Below are positions 40,939-52,338 of a stretch of 64,000 bases of DNA, in pieces. Position numbers and translations under genes: made by a program. The notes beneath the pieces are model-generated. The model was not told the DNA's origin and made no database searches. It saw only the letters and a list, made by a program, of their open reading frames with translations. Source of the DNA: Alphaproteobacteria bacterium (GTDB taxonomy: Bacteria; Pseudomonadota; Alphaproteobacteria; JAAXGF01); NCBI GenBank assembly GCA_963555825.3, contig CAUVXB020000002.1, forward strand, positions 3,392,001-3,456,000, given 5' to 3'. Position 1 is the stretch's first letter. Every line of letters begins with the position of its first letter.

Positions 40939-41622
40939 ATGCTCGAACGGAACACAAATGTAGGCGCGCCGGCTCGCGGACTACCTGGGTACAGCCCGGG
41001 TGAGGTGGCGCATTACATTGTTGTCCCCGTCTCTACCGTGAGGTATTGGTGTTTGGGTCGCGAGCAATATGCCTCTCTGATTAAACCGGCACAACCAAGC
41101 CCGCTCCTGTTGTCGTTTATCAATCTGGTTGAGTTACACGTTCTCGGCGCCATACGCCGCAAGCACCGGATATCCATGCCCAACGTTCGAACGGCGCTTA
41201 AATTCGTCGAGAAGAAGATGGATGTATCGCAGCCGCTTGCAAACCATCGTTTCCAGACCGACGGCGTGAGCCTGTTCGTTGAGCACCTTGGCCAGCTCAT
41301 TAATGCCCGCCAACAGGGGCAGATGGGCATGCGTGCGATTCTTGAAGATGCGCTCATCCGGATCGAATGGGATGATCGAGATTTGCCGATTCGTCTTTTC
41401 CCATATACGCGCAAGGCCACCTCAAAGACGTCGAAGCTTATCGTTATCGATCCCGAAGTGTGCGGCGGACGGGCAGTGATCGACCAAACACGAATCGCTG
41501 TCGAAGTTGTTGCAGAGCGCTTCAAGGCTGGTGACTCGATTCAGGACCTCGTATCGGACTATGGCTGTGGGCCAGAAGCGATCCAAGAAGCGATCCGGTG
41601 CGAACTTCCAATCGCCGCCTGA
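40939..41622 (+). CDS. DUF433-domain antitoxin with N-terminal HTH (VapB45-like)
   Basis: LSFINLVE; IVIDPEVCGGRAVIDQTRIAVEVVAERFKAGDSIQDL. Confidence 0.85.
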   Translation: MLERNTNVGAPARGLPGYSPGEVAHYIVVPVSTVRYWCLGREQYASLIKPAQPSPLLLSFINLVELHVLGAIRRKHRISMPNVRTALKFVEKKMDVSQPLANHRFQTDGVSLFVEHLGQLINARQQGQMGMRAILEDALIRIEWDDRDLPIRLFPYTRKATSKTSKLIVIDPEVCGGRAVIDQTRIAVEVVAERFKAGDSIQDLVSDYGCGPEAIQEAIRCELPIAA

Positions 41623-42019
41623 ATCGCTGGTAATATTCCTTGATGAATGTGTCGGCGGGCACCGCATCGCCAAATTGCTGCGTGCACACGGCCATGAAGT
41701 TCGAATTCCCAGCGAACCAGGAAGTGTTCCAAAAGGTCTCCCCGATTCCGAATGGACGCAACAGATCGCGGACCGCGGCTGGGTAGCCGTCACGCGAGAC
41801 AAGAGAATCCAAAACCGCACCGCAGAGAAACAAGCGGTGGCACAAGCGAAACTTGCGCTTTTCGTCCTTCGTACTTCCGGCAGCCTCAATGGCGCCGAAA
41901 TCGTGGAAATTATTGATCAGGCAGTGCCGCGAATGGTGAAATATTTGAGTGATAACGAACCGCCATTCATCGCAGGAATCTATCGTGAAGGTCGCGTAAA
42001 ACTACGAGAGCAACTTTGA
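41561..42019 (+). CDS. PIN-like toxin (VapC45/PIN_10-like); start uncertain
   Basis: IFLDEC, PDSEW, VTRDKRI acidic motifs; overlaps the DUF433 gene end. Confidence 0.8.
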   Translation: MAVGQKRSKKRSGANFQSPPESLVIFLDECVGGHRIAKLLRAHGHEVRIPSEPGSVPKGLPDSEWTQQIADRGWVAVTRDKRIQNRTAEKQAVAQAKLALFVLRTSGSLNGAEIVEIIDQAVPRMVKYLSDNEPPFIAGIYREGRVKLREQL

Positions 42020-42045
42020 AATTAGCGATGGATCGGGTGAGTGCG

Positions 42046-42237
42046 ATGAGGAAGCGATTTAGGGCAAGCCTGTGGCGAGAGGATGACTGGGTCGTCGCCC
42101 AGTGCCTCGACGTCGATGTCGCCAGCCAGGGACACGGCGCAGACGAGGCGCTGGAGAACCTGAAGGAAGCCTTGGAGCTTCACCTCGAGGCGCCTAGCGC
42201 CGCCGACGCACCGAGCATTCGGCCCACAAGGCGCTAA
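42046..42237 (+). CDS. Short HicB-like antitoxin
   Basis: WVVAQCLDVDVASQG…EALENLKEALELHLE. Confidence 0.75.
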   Translation: MRKRFRASLWREDDWVVAQCLDVDVASQGHGADEALENLKEALELHLEAPSAADAPSIRPTRR

Positions 42238-42268
42238 GGGGTAGGTTCCGAAAGGAAGCGAGACGACG

Positions 42269-44266
42269 ATGCCTCTTTTGCTCGGCATAGATACCGGCGG
42301 CACCTACACCGACGCGGTGCTGTTCGATGACGAAACCGGCGTCGTGGCGACCGCCAAGTCGCTGACCACCCGCCACGACCTCTCGGTCGGCATCGGCCAA
42401 TCGATCGACGCCGTTGTGGCGCAGTCGGGCATCGCGCCTTCCGAGATCGCGCTGGTTTCGCTGTCGACGACGCTGGCGACCAACGCCCTGGTCGAGGGCC
42501 AGGGCGGCCGTGTCTGCCTGGTGCTCGTCGGCTTCGCCGCGTCGGCGCTTTCGAAATACGGCCTGGCGGCGACCATGAAGGACAGCCCGGTCATTCTGCT
42601 CGACGGCGGCCATGACGCGCATGGCCAGCCGTTGTGCCCGCTCGACGCGGGTTCCCTCAAGGCCCAGCTCGACGCACTCGAGGGGCAGGTCTCGGGCTTC
42701 GCGGTCGTCGGCCGCTTCGCGGTGCGCAACCCGGCGCATGAAATCGCGGCGCGTGAGGTGATCCGCGATGTGACCGGCCGGCCGGTCACCTGCTCACACG
42801 AGCTTTCGAGCAAACTCGATGGCCCCAAGCGTGCCCTGACCTGCGTGCTGAACGCGCGGCTCATCAATCTGATCCACCACCTGATCGGCGCCACTGAGTC
42901 CCTGTTCGACACGCGCGGCATCGATGCGGCGCTGATGGTGGTGCAAGGCGATGGCGCGCTGATCTCGGCCGAGGTCGCCAAGGTCAAGCCGATCGAGACC
43001 ATCCTCTCGGGCCCGGCGGCCAGCTTGGTCGGCGCCGCCTATCTGACCGGCGCGAAGGACGCCGTTGTGTCCGACATCGGCGGCACGACGACCGATATCG
43101 CGATCCTCACCGACGGCCAGCCGCGCCTCGATACCGATGGCGCGACGGTCGGCGGCTGGCGGACCATGGTCGAGGCGGTCGACATGCACACCATCGGGCT
43201 CGGCGGCGACAGCGACGTACAGACGCTGCAGGTCGGCTTGCAGACGACCCTGAAGCTCGGGCCGCGGCGGCTGGTTCCGCTGAGCCTCTTCGCTGCCCAA
43301 CATGCGGACCTCGTCCACGGCACGCTCGATCGGCAGCTCAAGAAGCCGCGCGTCGACGAAACGGACGGGCGGTTCGCCATGGCGGTGGGCCGCGAGAGCG
43401 CCCATCTGGCTGCGTTGCAGCCGGGCGAGACGGAACTTCTCGAGCTGCTGCTGGCCGACCCGCTTCCGCTCGGCTCGGTCATGACCAGTCCGCGCCGTCG
43501 GCGGGCGCTCGATCACCTGGTCGCCTGCGGGTTGGCGATGGTGTCGGGCCTGACGCCGAGCGACGCGGCCCATGTGCTCGGCAAGCATGACGCGTGGGAC
43601 GCCGACGCCGCGCGCAAGGCGGCGACCCTGTTCGCGCGCAAGAAGGACAGCCTGGGCACGGCCATCGCGCCCAACGCCGAGGCGCTGAGCGCCTGGATCA
43701 TCGACACGCTGATTCGGACCTCGGCCGAAACCCTGCTCGAAACCAGTCTGGCGAACGACCGCTTCGCGGCGACGCATATGGCAGGCGTCCTGCTGGCCGC
43801 CTCGGTGCGCGACGATCCCGGCCGACTGATCGATTTCCAACTGCGCCTGAGCGTGCCGCTGATCGGCCTCGGGGCCGCCGCGCCGAGTTATTACCCCGAG
43901 GTCGCCGACCGGCTGCGGACCACGGCGCTGATACCCGAACACGCCGATGTCGCGAATGCGATCGGCGCGGTGGTCGGCCATGTCCGGGTGACGGCGGAAG
44001 CCCTGATCGCGCAGATCGAGGAAGGCGTTTTCCGCCTCTACATGGCCGACGCGCCGAACGACTTCACCTCGCTCGACGCCGCCGTGTCGTTCAGCGAACA
44101 GGCATTGACCGCCGATGCCCGCCGCCGCGCCATCGAGGCCGGCGCTGGCGACATCGAGATCAGGCTGAGCCGCAAGGACAACGCGGCGATCGTCGAAGGC
44201 CGCGAAATTCTCGTCGATTGTCTGGTCAAGGCGACGGCCTCGGGCCGCCCGCGCGTCGCCGTGTAG
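42269..44266 (+). CDS. Hydantoinase/oxoprolinase-family protein
   Basis: GIDTGGTYTD, STTLATNAL, SGPAAS, DIGGTTTD, IGLGGDS, ANAIGA. Confidence 0.92.
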   Translation: MPLLLGIDTGGTYTDAVLFDDETGVVATAKSLTTRHDLSVGIGQSIDAVVAQSGIAPSEIALVSLSTTLATNALVEGQGGRVCLVLVGFAASALSKYGLAATMKDSPVILLDGGHDAHGQPLCPLDAGSLKAQLDALEGQVSGFAVVGRFAVRNPAHEIAAREVIRDVTGRPVTCSHELSSKLDGPKRALTCVLNARLINLIHHLIGATESLFDTRGIDAALMVVQGDGALISAEVAKVKPIETILSGPAASLVGAAYLTGAKDAVVSDIGGTTTDIAILTDGQPRLDTDGATVGGWRTMVEAVDMHTIGLGGDSDVQTLQVGLQTTLKLGPRRLVPLSLFAAQHADLVHGTLDRQLKKPRVDETDGRFAMAVGRESAHLAALQPGETELLELLLADPLPLGSVMTSPRRRRALDHLVACGLAMVSGLTPSDAAHVLGKHDAWDADAARKAATLFARKKDSLGTAIAPNAEALSAWIIDTLIRTSAETLLETSLANDRFAATHMAGVLLAASVRDDPGRLIDFQLRLSVPLIGLGAAAPSYYPEVADRLRTTALIPEHADVANAIGAVVGHVRVTAEALIAQIEEGVFRLYMADAPNDFTSLDAAVSFSEQALTADARRRAIEAGAGDIEIRLSRKDNAAIVEGREILVDCLVKATASGRPRVAV

Positions 44267-44362
44267 CACTCGGCCGGCCTGGCGTTCGGCAACCATGGAA
44301 CGGCCCTCTAAAGCGAGCTAAGGTTCGGCTGTCGATGCTAACCGGGCCGAGGGGAACCCGCC

Positions 44363-45433
44363 ATGATGAGCATGCCGAACGACGCGCGTCTCGACGACCT
44401 GGTCGCGGCGATCAAGACCCTGCTGGCGAGCCAGGGCCGCATCTACATGCATTTTGCCGAGGCGACCATCGAGCGCTTCGGCCGCGACGGCGAGATGACC
44501 GTGCGGCTCGGCCTGCGCGCCTACGGGCAGTGGCGCGGTGGCGAGATGCGCGCGGCGCATCACGCGCTCGGCAAGGACATCAGCATGGCGACGCTGATCG
44601 GCTGCTGGGACAACGCCAGCACTTACGTGATCAAGGACGACATGGACGAGAGCGGCACCTTCGAGCCGTGCAACGTCCGCTTCGATGTGCCCTACTGCCC
44701 GGCCGCCGAGGCGTGGCAGGACGCCGAGTTCTTCCAGTGGGGCCACGTCTACTGCGACGAATTCCACCAGGCCTGCGCCTCGGCCTACCACCCGGACGGC
44801 AACGTGGTCATCCCGCAGAACATGATGAAGGGCGACGACCATTGCCATTTCCAGTGGATCATGCCGCCCGGCGCCGAGGCCCTCGAGCTGGGCGAGTCCG
44901 ACGCGCTTGGCCGCAAGCTGGCGCGCGACTACCAGCCGTCGGGCGAACTCGAGGACGCCTGGCTCGCGCTGAAGCGCAGCAACCGCCTGCTCGGCGGCCA
45001 TTACTTCACCCTGGCCCGGCCGCTGATCGAGCGCCACGGCGATGCGGGCCGCGCGGCCGTCGTCGACGCGCTGGAGCGCTGGGGCGCAGAGCGCGGCCGC
45101 CTGCTCAGGCAACGCCACGAGACGGCCGGCATCGAGGCCGGCCTCGCCGCATTCGTCCGCCACCACGACCTGCCGCTGGCCCTGGTCTGGGAGTCGGCCG
45201 AGGTCGAGGCCTCGGCCGCACGCGTCGTCGTCGAGATCGGCGACACCCCCCAGGACGACGCCTGGGCCGACGCCGACGTCCGCGAGCTCGGCGCGCTGTG
45301 GTACGAGACCGTCTACCCGGCCATGGTCGCCGCCTACCTGCCCGGCGCCGGCGCCCATTGGGCGAGCCTGCGCGCCCGCGGCGACGCCGTCAGCCGTCTC
45401 GAGCTGAGCAACCCCGGCGGTCCGGACGCGTAA
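44363..45433 (+). CDS. Tandem-domain L-2-amino-thiazoline-4-carboxylate-hydrolase-like (V4R-like) protein
   Basis: YCPAAEAW, YCD, MKGDDHCHF in domain 1; repeated ERFGRDG / ERHGDAG helix. Confidence 0.7.
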   Translation: MMSMPNDARLDDLVAAIKTLLASQGRIYMHFAEATIERFGRDGEMTVRLGLRAYGQWRGGEMRAAHHALGKDISMATLIGCWDNASTYVIKDDMDESGTFEPCNVRFDVPYCPAAEAWQDAEFFQWGHVYCDEFHQACASAYHPDGNVVIPQNMMKGDDHCHFQWIMPPGAEALELGESDALGRKLARDYQPSGELEDAWLALKRSNRLLGGHYFTLARPLIERHGDAGRAAVVDALERWGAERGRLLRQRHETAGIEAGLAAFVRHHDLPLALVWESAEVEASAARVVVEIGDTPQDDAWADADVRELGALWYETVYPAMVAAYLPGAGAHWASLRARGDAVSRLELSNPGGPDA

Positions 45434-45755
45434 TTCTCGGGCCGTGGCCGATGGCCGCACGGATCATCGGACGCTCGGATGCCTTCTCCCCGACCCGAAC
45501 CGGACGGTCAACGCACCATCGATCAAGGCGTAACCCAACGTCGGCGCATGGCACCATCGATCCGCTTCGAGACGGCCTGCCCATGACTGCTCAGGCCAAT
45601 GAGGCGACATCCCAACTCGGACATTCGGCGCTTTGGATATTTGATATCTTCTTCATGATACCGTGCCGCCCCGATCGGCTGATCAAAGGGATGAGTGTCG
45701 ACCGGGATGTTCAAGGCGCGACGAAATTTCATGGCGACGTGATTGGGGAGTTACG

Positions 45756-47969
45756 ATGCGAATTTTCAGTCTTTCACTTCTAACGTTTCTCATTTCTTCG
45801 ACTGTGCTGTCCGCTGAGGTTCAGGACGTACTATCCCGTGGAGAGACCACGCGGCTGTTGGTTGAACAGGGAGACAACCCGTGGGTCACGGTGGTCCTGT
45901 TTGCCGGCGGCAAGGGGGTGATGAAGATCTCAGAGAGCGGCAGTTTGGGATGGGGAAGTGGAAACTTCCTTATCCGCTCCCGACAGCACTTCTTAAATCA
46001 TGGTGCCATTACCGCCGTCATCGACGCGCCGACAGACAAGAGATATGGCCTTCATGGGTTCAGGAGCACTGAGGATCACGCCAAGGACGTCGGCACAGTG
46101 GTCAAGCACCTGCGGGCGGAATTCGGACTGAGTCGGACCCGATTTCCTTGGACACAGAATTGGCTTAATCGAAGTGTCCAAGGAGGACCGGAACATGACC
46201 GACAATTTTGAGAACAAAGTTGCTGTTGATGGGCCTGTGGTAAACGAGGGCGAGCTTGGCTCGTCCACGTTTTCCCCGGGCCAGGTTTCGCCGGCAGGCC
46301 CGCTGGGACTTGGCCAGCGGTGGACGGTGACGCGCAAGCGTGAGGTTGCCCTGCGGCTTTTGCGTGGCGAGCCGGTGGAACTTTTGTCGCGGCAGTTGGG
46401 CGTGGAGATTTTCCGGCTCGAGCAGTGGCGTGAGAAGGCGATCGCCGGGATCGATGCCTCGCTCAAGGAACGCAAGGGCGATCCGGTGAAGGCGGAACTG
46501 GACATCGCCATGAAGCGGATCGGGGAGTTGATCATGCAGGTGGAACTGCTGGAGGCCAAGACGGAGACGTCCGGCCCTTTGGGGCGGCGGAGGTCGCGGC
46601 GATGAGTGCCGCCACCTCTCCCGGCACGGGTTTGGCCTACGGCCTCCAGCGGGTCTGTGCGGCCTGGGGTTTTGCCCGTTCCTCGTTCTACGCCATGAAA
46701 TCCCGGCAGCAGGCCACCGCTGAGCGCCCACCAGCAAAGCGCCGGGGACCGAAGCCCTCGATCTCGGACGAGGCTCTGCTGGTGGCCATCGAGGCCGACC
46801 TGGAGGCATCCCCCTGGGAGGGCGAGGGACACCGCAAGGTCTGGGCTCGGCTTCGGGTCTGTCGTGGCATCCGTGTTTCCCGCAAGCGGGGGCTCCGGGT
46901 GATGCGCGAGAACAACCTGCTCTCGCCCCATCGCTGCCGCCGCCGTGGCGGAAATCCCCATGTCGGTGAGATCATCACCCATGCCCCCAACCTCATGTGG
47001 GGCACGGACGGCGTTCGGGTGTTCACGGTGGACGACGGCTGGGGCTGGATATTCACCGCCATCGAGCATTGGAACGCCGAGTGCGTCGGCTGGCATGTGT
47101 GCAAGCGAGGCGACCGCTTCGCCGCCCTTCAGCCGATCTCCATGGGGCTTGCGAGGCTGTATGCCTCGACCTCCGCCGGTGCGGCGCGGGGGCTGGCCTT
47201 GCGGATGGATCACGGCTCCCAGTATCTGTCGGACCACTTCACCAACCAGATCAAGTTCTGGGGCATCCAGCCGTCCTACGCCTTCGTCGAACAGCCCCAG
47301 ACCAACGGCGTCGCCGAGAGGTTCAATCGCACGCTCAAGGAACAGATCATCCATGGCCGCATCTACCGCAACATCGCGGAGCTGCGGAACGCCGTCCGCG
47401 GGTTCGTCGAACAGTACAATGCCCAGTGGATCGTGGAGAAGAACGGCTACCTGAGCCCCGCTCAAGCTCGTCAGGCGTGGCACACCGCGATGTCACTCAG
47501 GCCCGCCGCATGAGACAAACTTGTGTCCAAGGAACCGGGTGCGATACAGGCGGAATTCGGACTTCCGGTGTGGCTGATTGGCACCAGCCGGGGCACTAAT
47601 TCGGTGGCAAATTCGGCGCTGCGGTTATCGTCGGACAAGCCCGACGGCATCGTACTTACAGCCAGCATGCTGGCGTACAACTCCCGGTGGGGTGGCGATT
47701 ACCTGCTTACGATGGATTTAGAAAAAATAGAGATGCCGGTGTTGATCGCACATCACCGAAAGGACGCATGTTCGGTTACTCCGCCCGGCCTGGTTGGTGA
47801 ACTAAAGGCAAGACTGGAACACGCCGAGCCGTTGGCCGTAATGTGGTACGAGGGCGGCAGCGGCGTAAAAGGCAAGGTCTGTCAGGCCTTCCATCACCAC
47901 GGTTTCGCGGGCATCGAGGAAAGGGTGGTTTCGGACATCATGGGTTGGATCAAATCGCGATCACCCTAG
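45756..47969 (+). pseudogene. Secreted alpha/beta hydrolase split by the IS3-like element
   Basis: Signal-like N-terminus; excision restores HLRAEFGLPVWLIGTSRGT (nucleophile elbow); DAC, HHGF. Confidence 0.88.
46129..47548 (+). mobile_element. 1420-bp IS3-like element, copy 2 (OrfA 46174-46605, OrfB 46602-47513)
   Basis: Near-identical to 10413-11832; 14-bp TSD GGCGGAATTCGGAC. Confidence 0.93.
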
Positions 47970-48171
47970 CTCGTTCCCTGATGTCGCCCTGGCTGTGGAC
48001 GGACCATCGAAACGCTGAACCTCGACGTCCGTTTCACGCCTGATAGCCGACGCTAGCGCAGCGAAAATTCCAATCTAACCCTGTGATGTCCGGTTCCCGC
48101 GAGAAAGCAGACGCCGGAAGCGTCGCCGCCTAACGTCCGCTGGTGACCCATCCCGGAGATTCGCTATACCT

Positions 48172-49691
48172 TCAACAGCTTTTCAGAGCAATCGCTTTAC
48201 GTACTGCTTCTTTCTCTCCGCGCACATTTGCCAATTCAGATGCTTCCATTCCGTCGCCTTGACCGAACCCCCACCAGAATGCCTGCATTTGACTCGACTT
48301 AACTCTCTGCTCTTGCGCGACAACCAATTGATTTTCTCTCCTCGCTAATGAATCCAATTCCACCGATAATTTCGAACATTCAAATTCCTCATATCTAATG
48401 CCAGTGAGCGCCTGAATTGACTCTCGGGATATTCATTGATGGCGGATGATGGCGGATTGTGATTCTATGGTCTCCCACCAGATGTGGGGGATGTCATGGG
48501 ATCAGCACTCAAGATACGGGATGATTTGACGCCTTTGGAGCTTCGGCGCTGGGCTCGCGTGGAATCGTACGGTCGAGCGGCGGCGCGGGCCTATGGGATC
48601 GCGAATGCTTTGGAGGAGATGCCCCGGGCTGATGCCGCGCGGCTTGCGGGGATGGATCGCCAAACGCTTCGCGACGCGGTTGTTCGTTACAATGCAAAGG
48701 GATTGGAGGGGCTTCACGACCGTCCAAAGGGCTACTCGCCGCGGCGGCTGACGGCAGACGAGGAAGCGGCGCTGGCGGCGGTCATCATCGCCGGGCCGGA
48801 GCCTGAGCGCGACGGGGTTTGCGCCTGGACCCGGGCCGATCTGTGCCGCTGGCTGGAGGAGCGCTTCGCCAAGACCTACCACCCCTCGAGCATGACCCGG
48901 GTTCTACGGCGGATGGGATTTTCCCGCCAGAAGGCGCGCCCGAGCCACCCGCGAAGGGACGCCGAAGCGCAGGAGCGCTTCAAAAAAGGGGGCTTCGCGA
49001 CATCCTGAAGGCGACCGCCGCGGCGCATCCCGACAAGCGCCTACAGCTGTGGTTTCAGGATGAAGCGCGCGTCGGCAACAAGGGCCGGGTGTGTCACCGG
49101 TGGTGGCGCAGGGGCGAGCGTGCCCCCGGGACGCGTCAAATCGGCTACCAGTGGGCCTACATCTTCTCCGCCGTGCGCCCGGACACCGGCGACGACGTCA
49201 CCCTGGTGATGCCGAGCGTCAACGCCAAGGTCATGGACCTGTTTCTCGCACACTTCGCCGATACCCTGGACCAGGATGCGCACGCCGTCATGATGTGCGA
49301 CGGCGCCGGTTGGCACGACGAGCGCGCCCTCACCGTCCCCGACAACGTCACCTTGGCGCTGTTGCCGCCTTACAGTCCCGAACTCAACCCCGTCGAGCGG
49401 GTTTGGCTCTACCTACGCGAACGCTTCCTATCGCTCCGCGTCCTCGACGACACCGAGGCCATCATCGACGCCTGTTGCCAAGCATGGATCGACCTCATCG
49501 CAGAACCGGATCGTATGCGAACCCTCTGCGCCTATCCATGGATCATGAAGGTGATTTCATAGGCTCACTGGTATAAGGCCTGAGGTTTATGAACCCGTAA
49601 TTTGCGATGCTGGTGTGGGCATATTTATACACCCTGCCAAAGAAATAGGCCCAATCGCCGCACCGACCAGAATGATAGCCTTCACATTCAT
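48172..49691 (-). pseudogene. Small lipoprotein split by IS630 and carrying a nonsense codon
   Basis: AAGGAG RBS; MNVKAIILVGAAIGPISLAGC lipobox; ITGS*TSGL then RYEEFECSKL…LKSC*. Confidence 0.75.
48399..49573 (+). mobile_element. IS630-family element A, copy 2 (transposase 48496-49562)
   Basis: Near-identical to 31021-32195; TAA on both sides. Confidence 0.92.
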
Positions 49692-49763
49692 TTCTTTTCT
49701 CCTTTCGTGACCCCTCCCTATCTCGCCAATCCGCCACACGGCCGTCAAGAAGAATAGATCGGG

Positions 49764-50027
49764 CTACAGGACGAACAGCCGCCCTTTTCCCTCATTGACC
49801 GCGATTGTGGCATCCAGAAGGTCTGCGAGTTCGTCAAGGCGCTCGTGGGGTGCTTTCACGGCCTGTTCCATGAGGCCCTCCATGACGGATTCCCATCCGC
49901 AATCCTCGACGAGGCATTCGATAGCTGAAATGTGGTTGATGGTCATGGAGAAAGCATTGCAGAAACCGCTATGCGACTCTGGGCGGAGGGTCTCCAAGCT
50001 GAGCATCCCACCGGTGAAGCGGACCAA
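49764..50027 (-). CDS. Hypothetical protein or gene remnant
   Basis: 87-aa ORF with protein-like composition; no recognised motif. Confidence 0.3.
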   Translation of the reverse strand: MVRFTGGMLSLETLRPESHSGFCNAFSMTINHISAIECLVEDCGWESVMEGLMEQAVKAPHERLDELADLLDATIAVNEGKGRLFVL

Positions 50028-50058
50028 ATTCTGTTGAGAGTTTGACGCTTGTTAGCTA

Positions 50059-51237
50059 GTGTCCTGATCGATAAATTGATATGATTATGTCTCTATTTGT
50101 TTTTAGGAGGCGCGATTGATGGCGAGAGTGGCGGTGACGATCTCTTTGAGCGATGACGAGCGCGCCGAATTGGAGGCGCTGTCTCGTCGTCGCAAGACGT
50201 CGCAGGGGCTTGCGCGGCGGGCTCGGATCGTCTTGGCGGCGGCGGAAGGGTTGGAGAACAAGGAGATCGCCGTTCGTCTCGAGGCGAGCGCGGACACCGT
50301 GGGCAAGTGGCGTCGCCGCTATGCGGCGGAGGGCCTCGACGGTCTGTACGACGAACCCCGCCCCGGCGCGCCGCGTCAAATCGGCGATGACGCCATCGCG
50401 GAAGCGGTCCGGCTGACGCTGGAAGAGACGCCGCCGGACGCGACCCATTGGAGCCTTCGCTCGATGGCGCGGGCGAGCGGCCACGCGCCCTCGACCATTC
50501 ATCGCATCTGGCGGGCCTTCGGCTTGCAGCCGCATCGCTCGGAGACCTTCAAGCTGTCGAGCGATCCCTTCTTCGTGGAGAAGGTCCGCGACATCGTCGG
50601 TCTGTATTTGGCGCCGCCGGATCGTGCCCTGGTTCTCTGTGTCGACGAAAAGAGCCAGATCCAGGCCCTGGACCGTTCCCAGCCCCTCTTGCCGATGCGC
50701 CCCGGGCAGGCGGAGCGGCGCAGCCACGACTACAAGCGCCACGGCACGACCTCTCTCTTCGCGGCCCTCGACATCGCCACGGGAGAGATCATCGGCAAAT
50801 GTTTCCCGCGCCATCGGGCCCGAGAGTTCCGCAAATTCCTCGACCTCGTCGAGGCGAACGTCCCTGCTGATCTCGACATCCACATCGTCATGGACAACTA
50901 CGGGACCCACAAGACCAAGGCGATCCGCGACTGGTTCGCCAAACGGCCGCGCTGGCAGGCCCATTTCACACCCACCAGCGCCTCCTGGCTGAACCAGGTC
51001 GAGCGCTGGTTCGGGCTGCTGACCGACAAGCAGATCAGGCGCGGCGTCCATCGCTCCACCAAGGAGTTGGAGCGCACCATCCTCGACTACATCGACACGA
51101 CAAACCAGAACCCCAAACCCTTCAAATGGACCAAATCCGCCGATGACATCCTCGGCGCCATCCAGCGCTTCTGCCTCCGAACAATCGAAATCGCTGAACA
51201 GCAGGCGAAAATCATGCGAACTTCGGAATCGGGACAC
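50059..51237 (+). mobile_element. IS630-family element B (single-ORF transposase 50119-51240)
   Basis: GTGTCC…GGACAC ends within CTAG; [25 protein letters not shown]. Confidence 0.93.
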
Positions 51238-51239
51238 TA

Positions 51240-52289
51240 GCGCGTCTTCCGATCTGATTGAGTCTTAAGGGATTCCCTTTTGGTCGGTTTTGTGATTCAT
51301 CCTACGTGCTGGGATAGGAGGCCAGCATGTATGGTGAAGAGCCTTTCTGACGATCTTCGTGTGCGGGTGGTCGAAGCGGTCGATGCGGGAGCCTCCCGCC
51401 GCCAGGCGGCATCGCGATTTGGGGTGAGTGTATCGAGCACGATCCGTTGGGTTCGCAGATGGCGTGATCGTGGCGAAGTTGGCGCCAGGCCGCAGGGCGG
51501 CGATCGTCGCTCGGGTCGGATCGAGGCGCAGGCCGGCTTTATTCTGGCTGCGGTGGAAGAGAGACCGGATGTGACGCTGGCCGAGCTGCAAGCTTTGCTG
51601 CTTGAGCGCGGCGTCTCGGTGGGCATCGGTAGCTTGTGGCGGTTCTTCGAGCGCCGGGGGATCAGCTTCAAAAAAAACCGCGCACGCCGCCGAGCAAGAT
51701 CGGCCTGACGTGGTGGCGCGCCGGCTGGTCTGGCTCGCCTGGCAAGCCGATCTCGATCCCCACCGGTTGGTGTTCATCGATGAGACCGGCGCCTCGACCA
51801 AGATGGCGCGCCTGCGTGGCCGGGCCAAGCGTCGGACGCGCTGCCGCGCCGCGGTGCCCCATGGCCATTGGAAGACAACCACCTTCACCGCCGGTCTGCG
51901 CATGGGTGATCTCACCGCTCCCATGCTCCTCGACGGGCCGATGAACGGGGCTGCCTTCCTCGCCTATGTGACCCACGTCCTGGCTCCCACACTGACGCCG
52001 GGCGATCTGGTGATTATGGACAACCTGCCCGCCCACAAGGTCTCCGGTGTGAAAGAGGCCATCGAGACGGCTGGCGCCAGACGCGTTTTCCTGCCGCCGT
52101 ACTCACCCGACTTCAATCCCATCGAACAAGCCTTCGCAAAGCTCAAGGCCTTCCTCAGAAAGACCGCCGCCCGCAGCGTCGATGATCTCTGGGCCGCCAT
52201 CGCCGAGGCAATCGAGCTATTCCCGCCAGCGGAATGCGCAAACTTCTTCGCTAACTCAGGGTATAAGCCTAATTGATCGGAAAACGATC
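51240..52289 (+). mobile_element. IS630-family element C (transposase 51331-52276 via frameshift at the A8 run, 51670-51677)
   Basis: Ends GCGCGTCTTCCGATC / GATCGGAAAACGATC between TA dinucleotides; [21 protein letters not shown]. Confidence 0.92.
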
Positions 52290-52338
52290 TAGCGTGAAGG
52301 TGTCGTCCTTCGAGGCGTAGGCCGACGTGCCCCGACGC

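Noticed and set aside
43594-45783. 729-aa ORF overlapping the hydantoinase and hydrolase genes
   Set aside because: Arg/Pro/Gly-rich off-frame product of high GC; no motifs.
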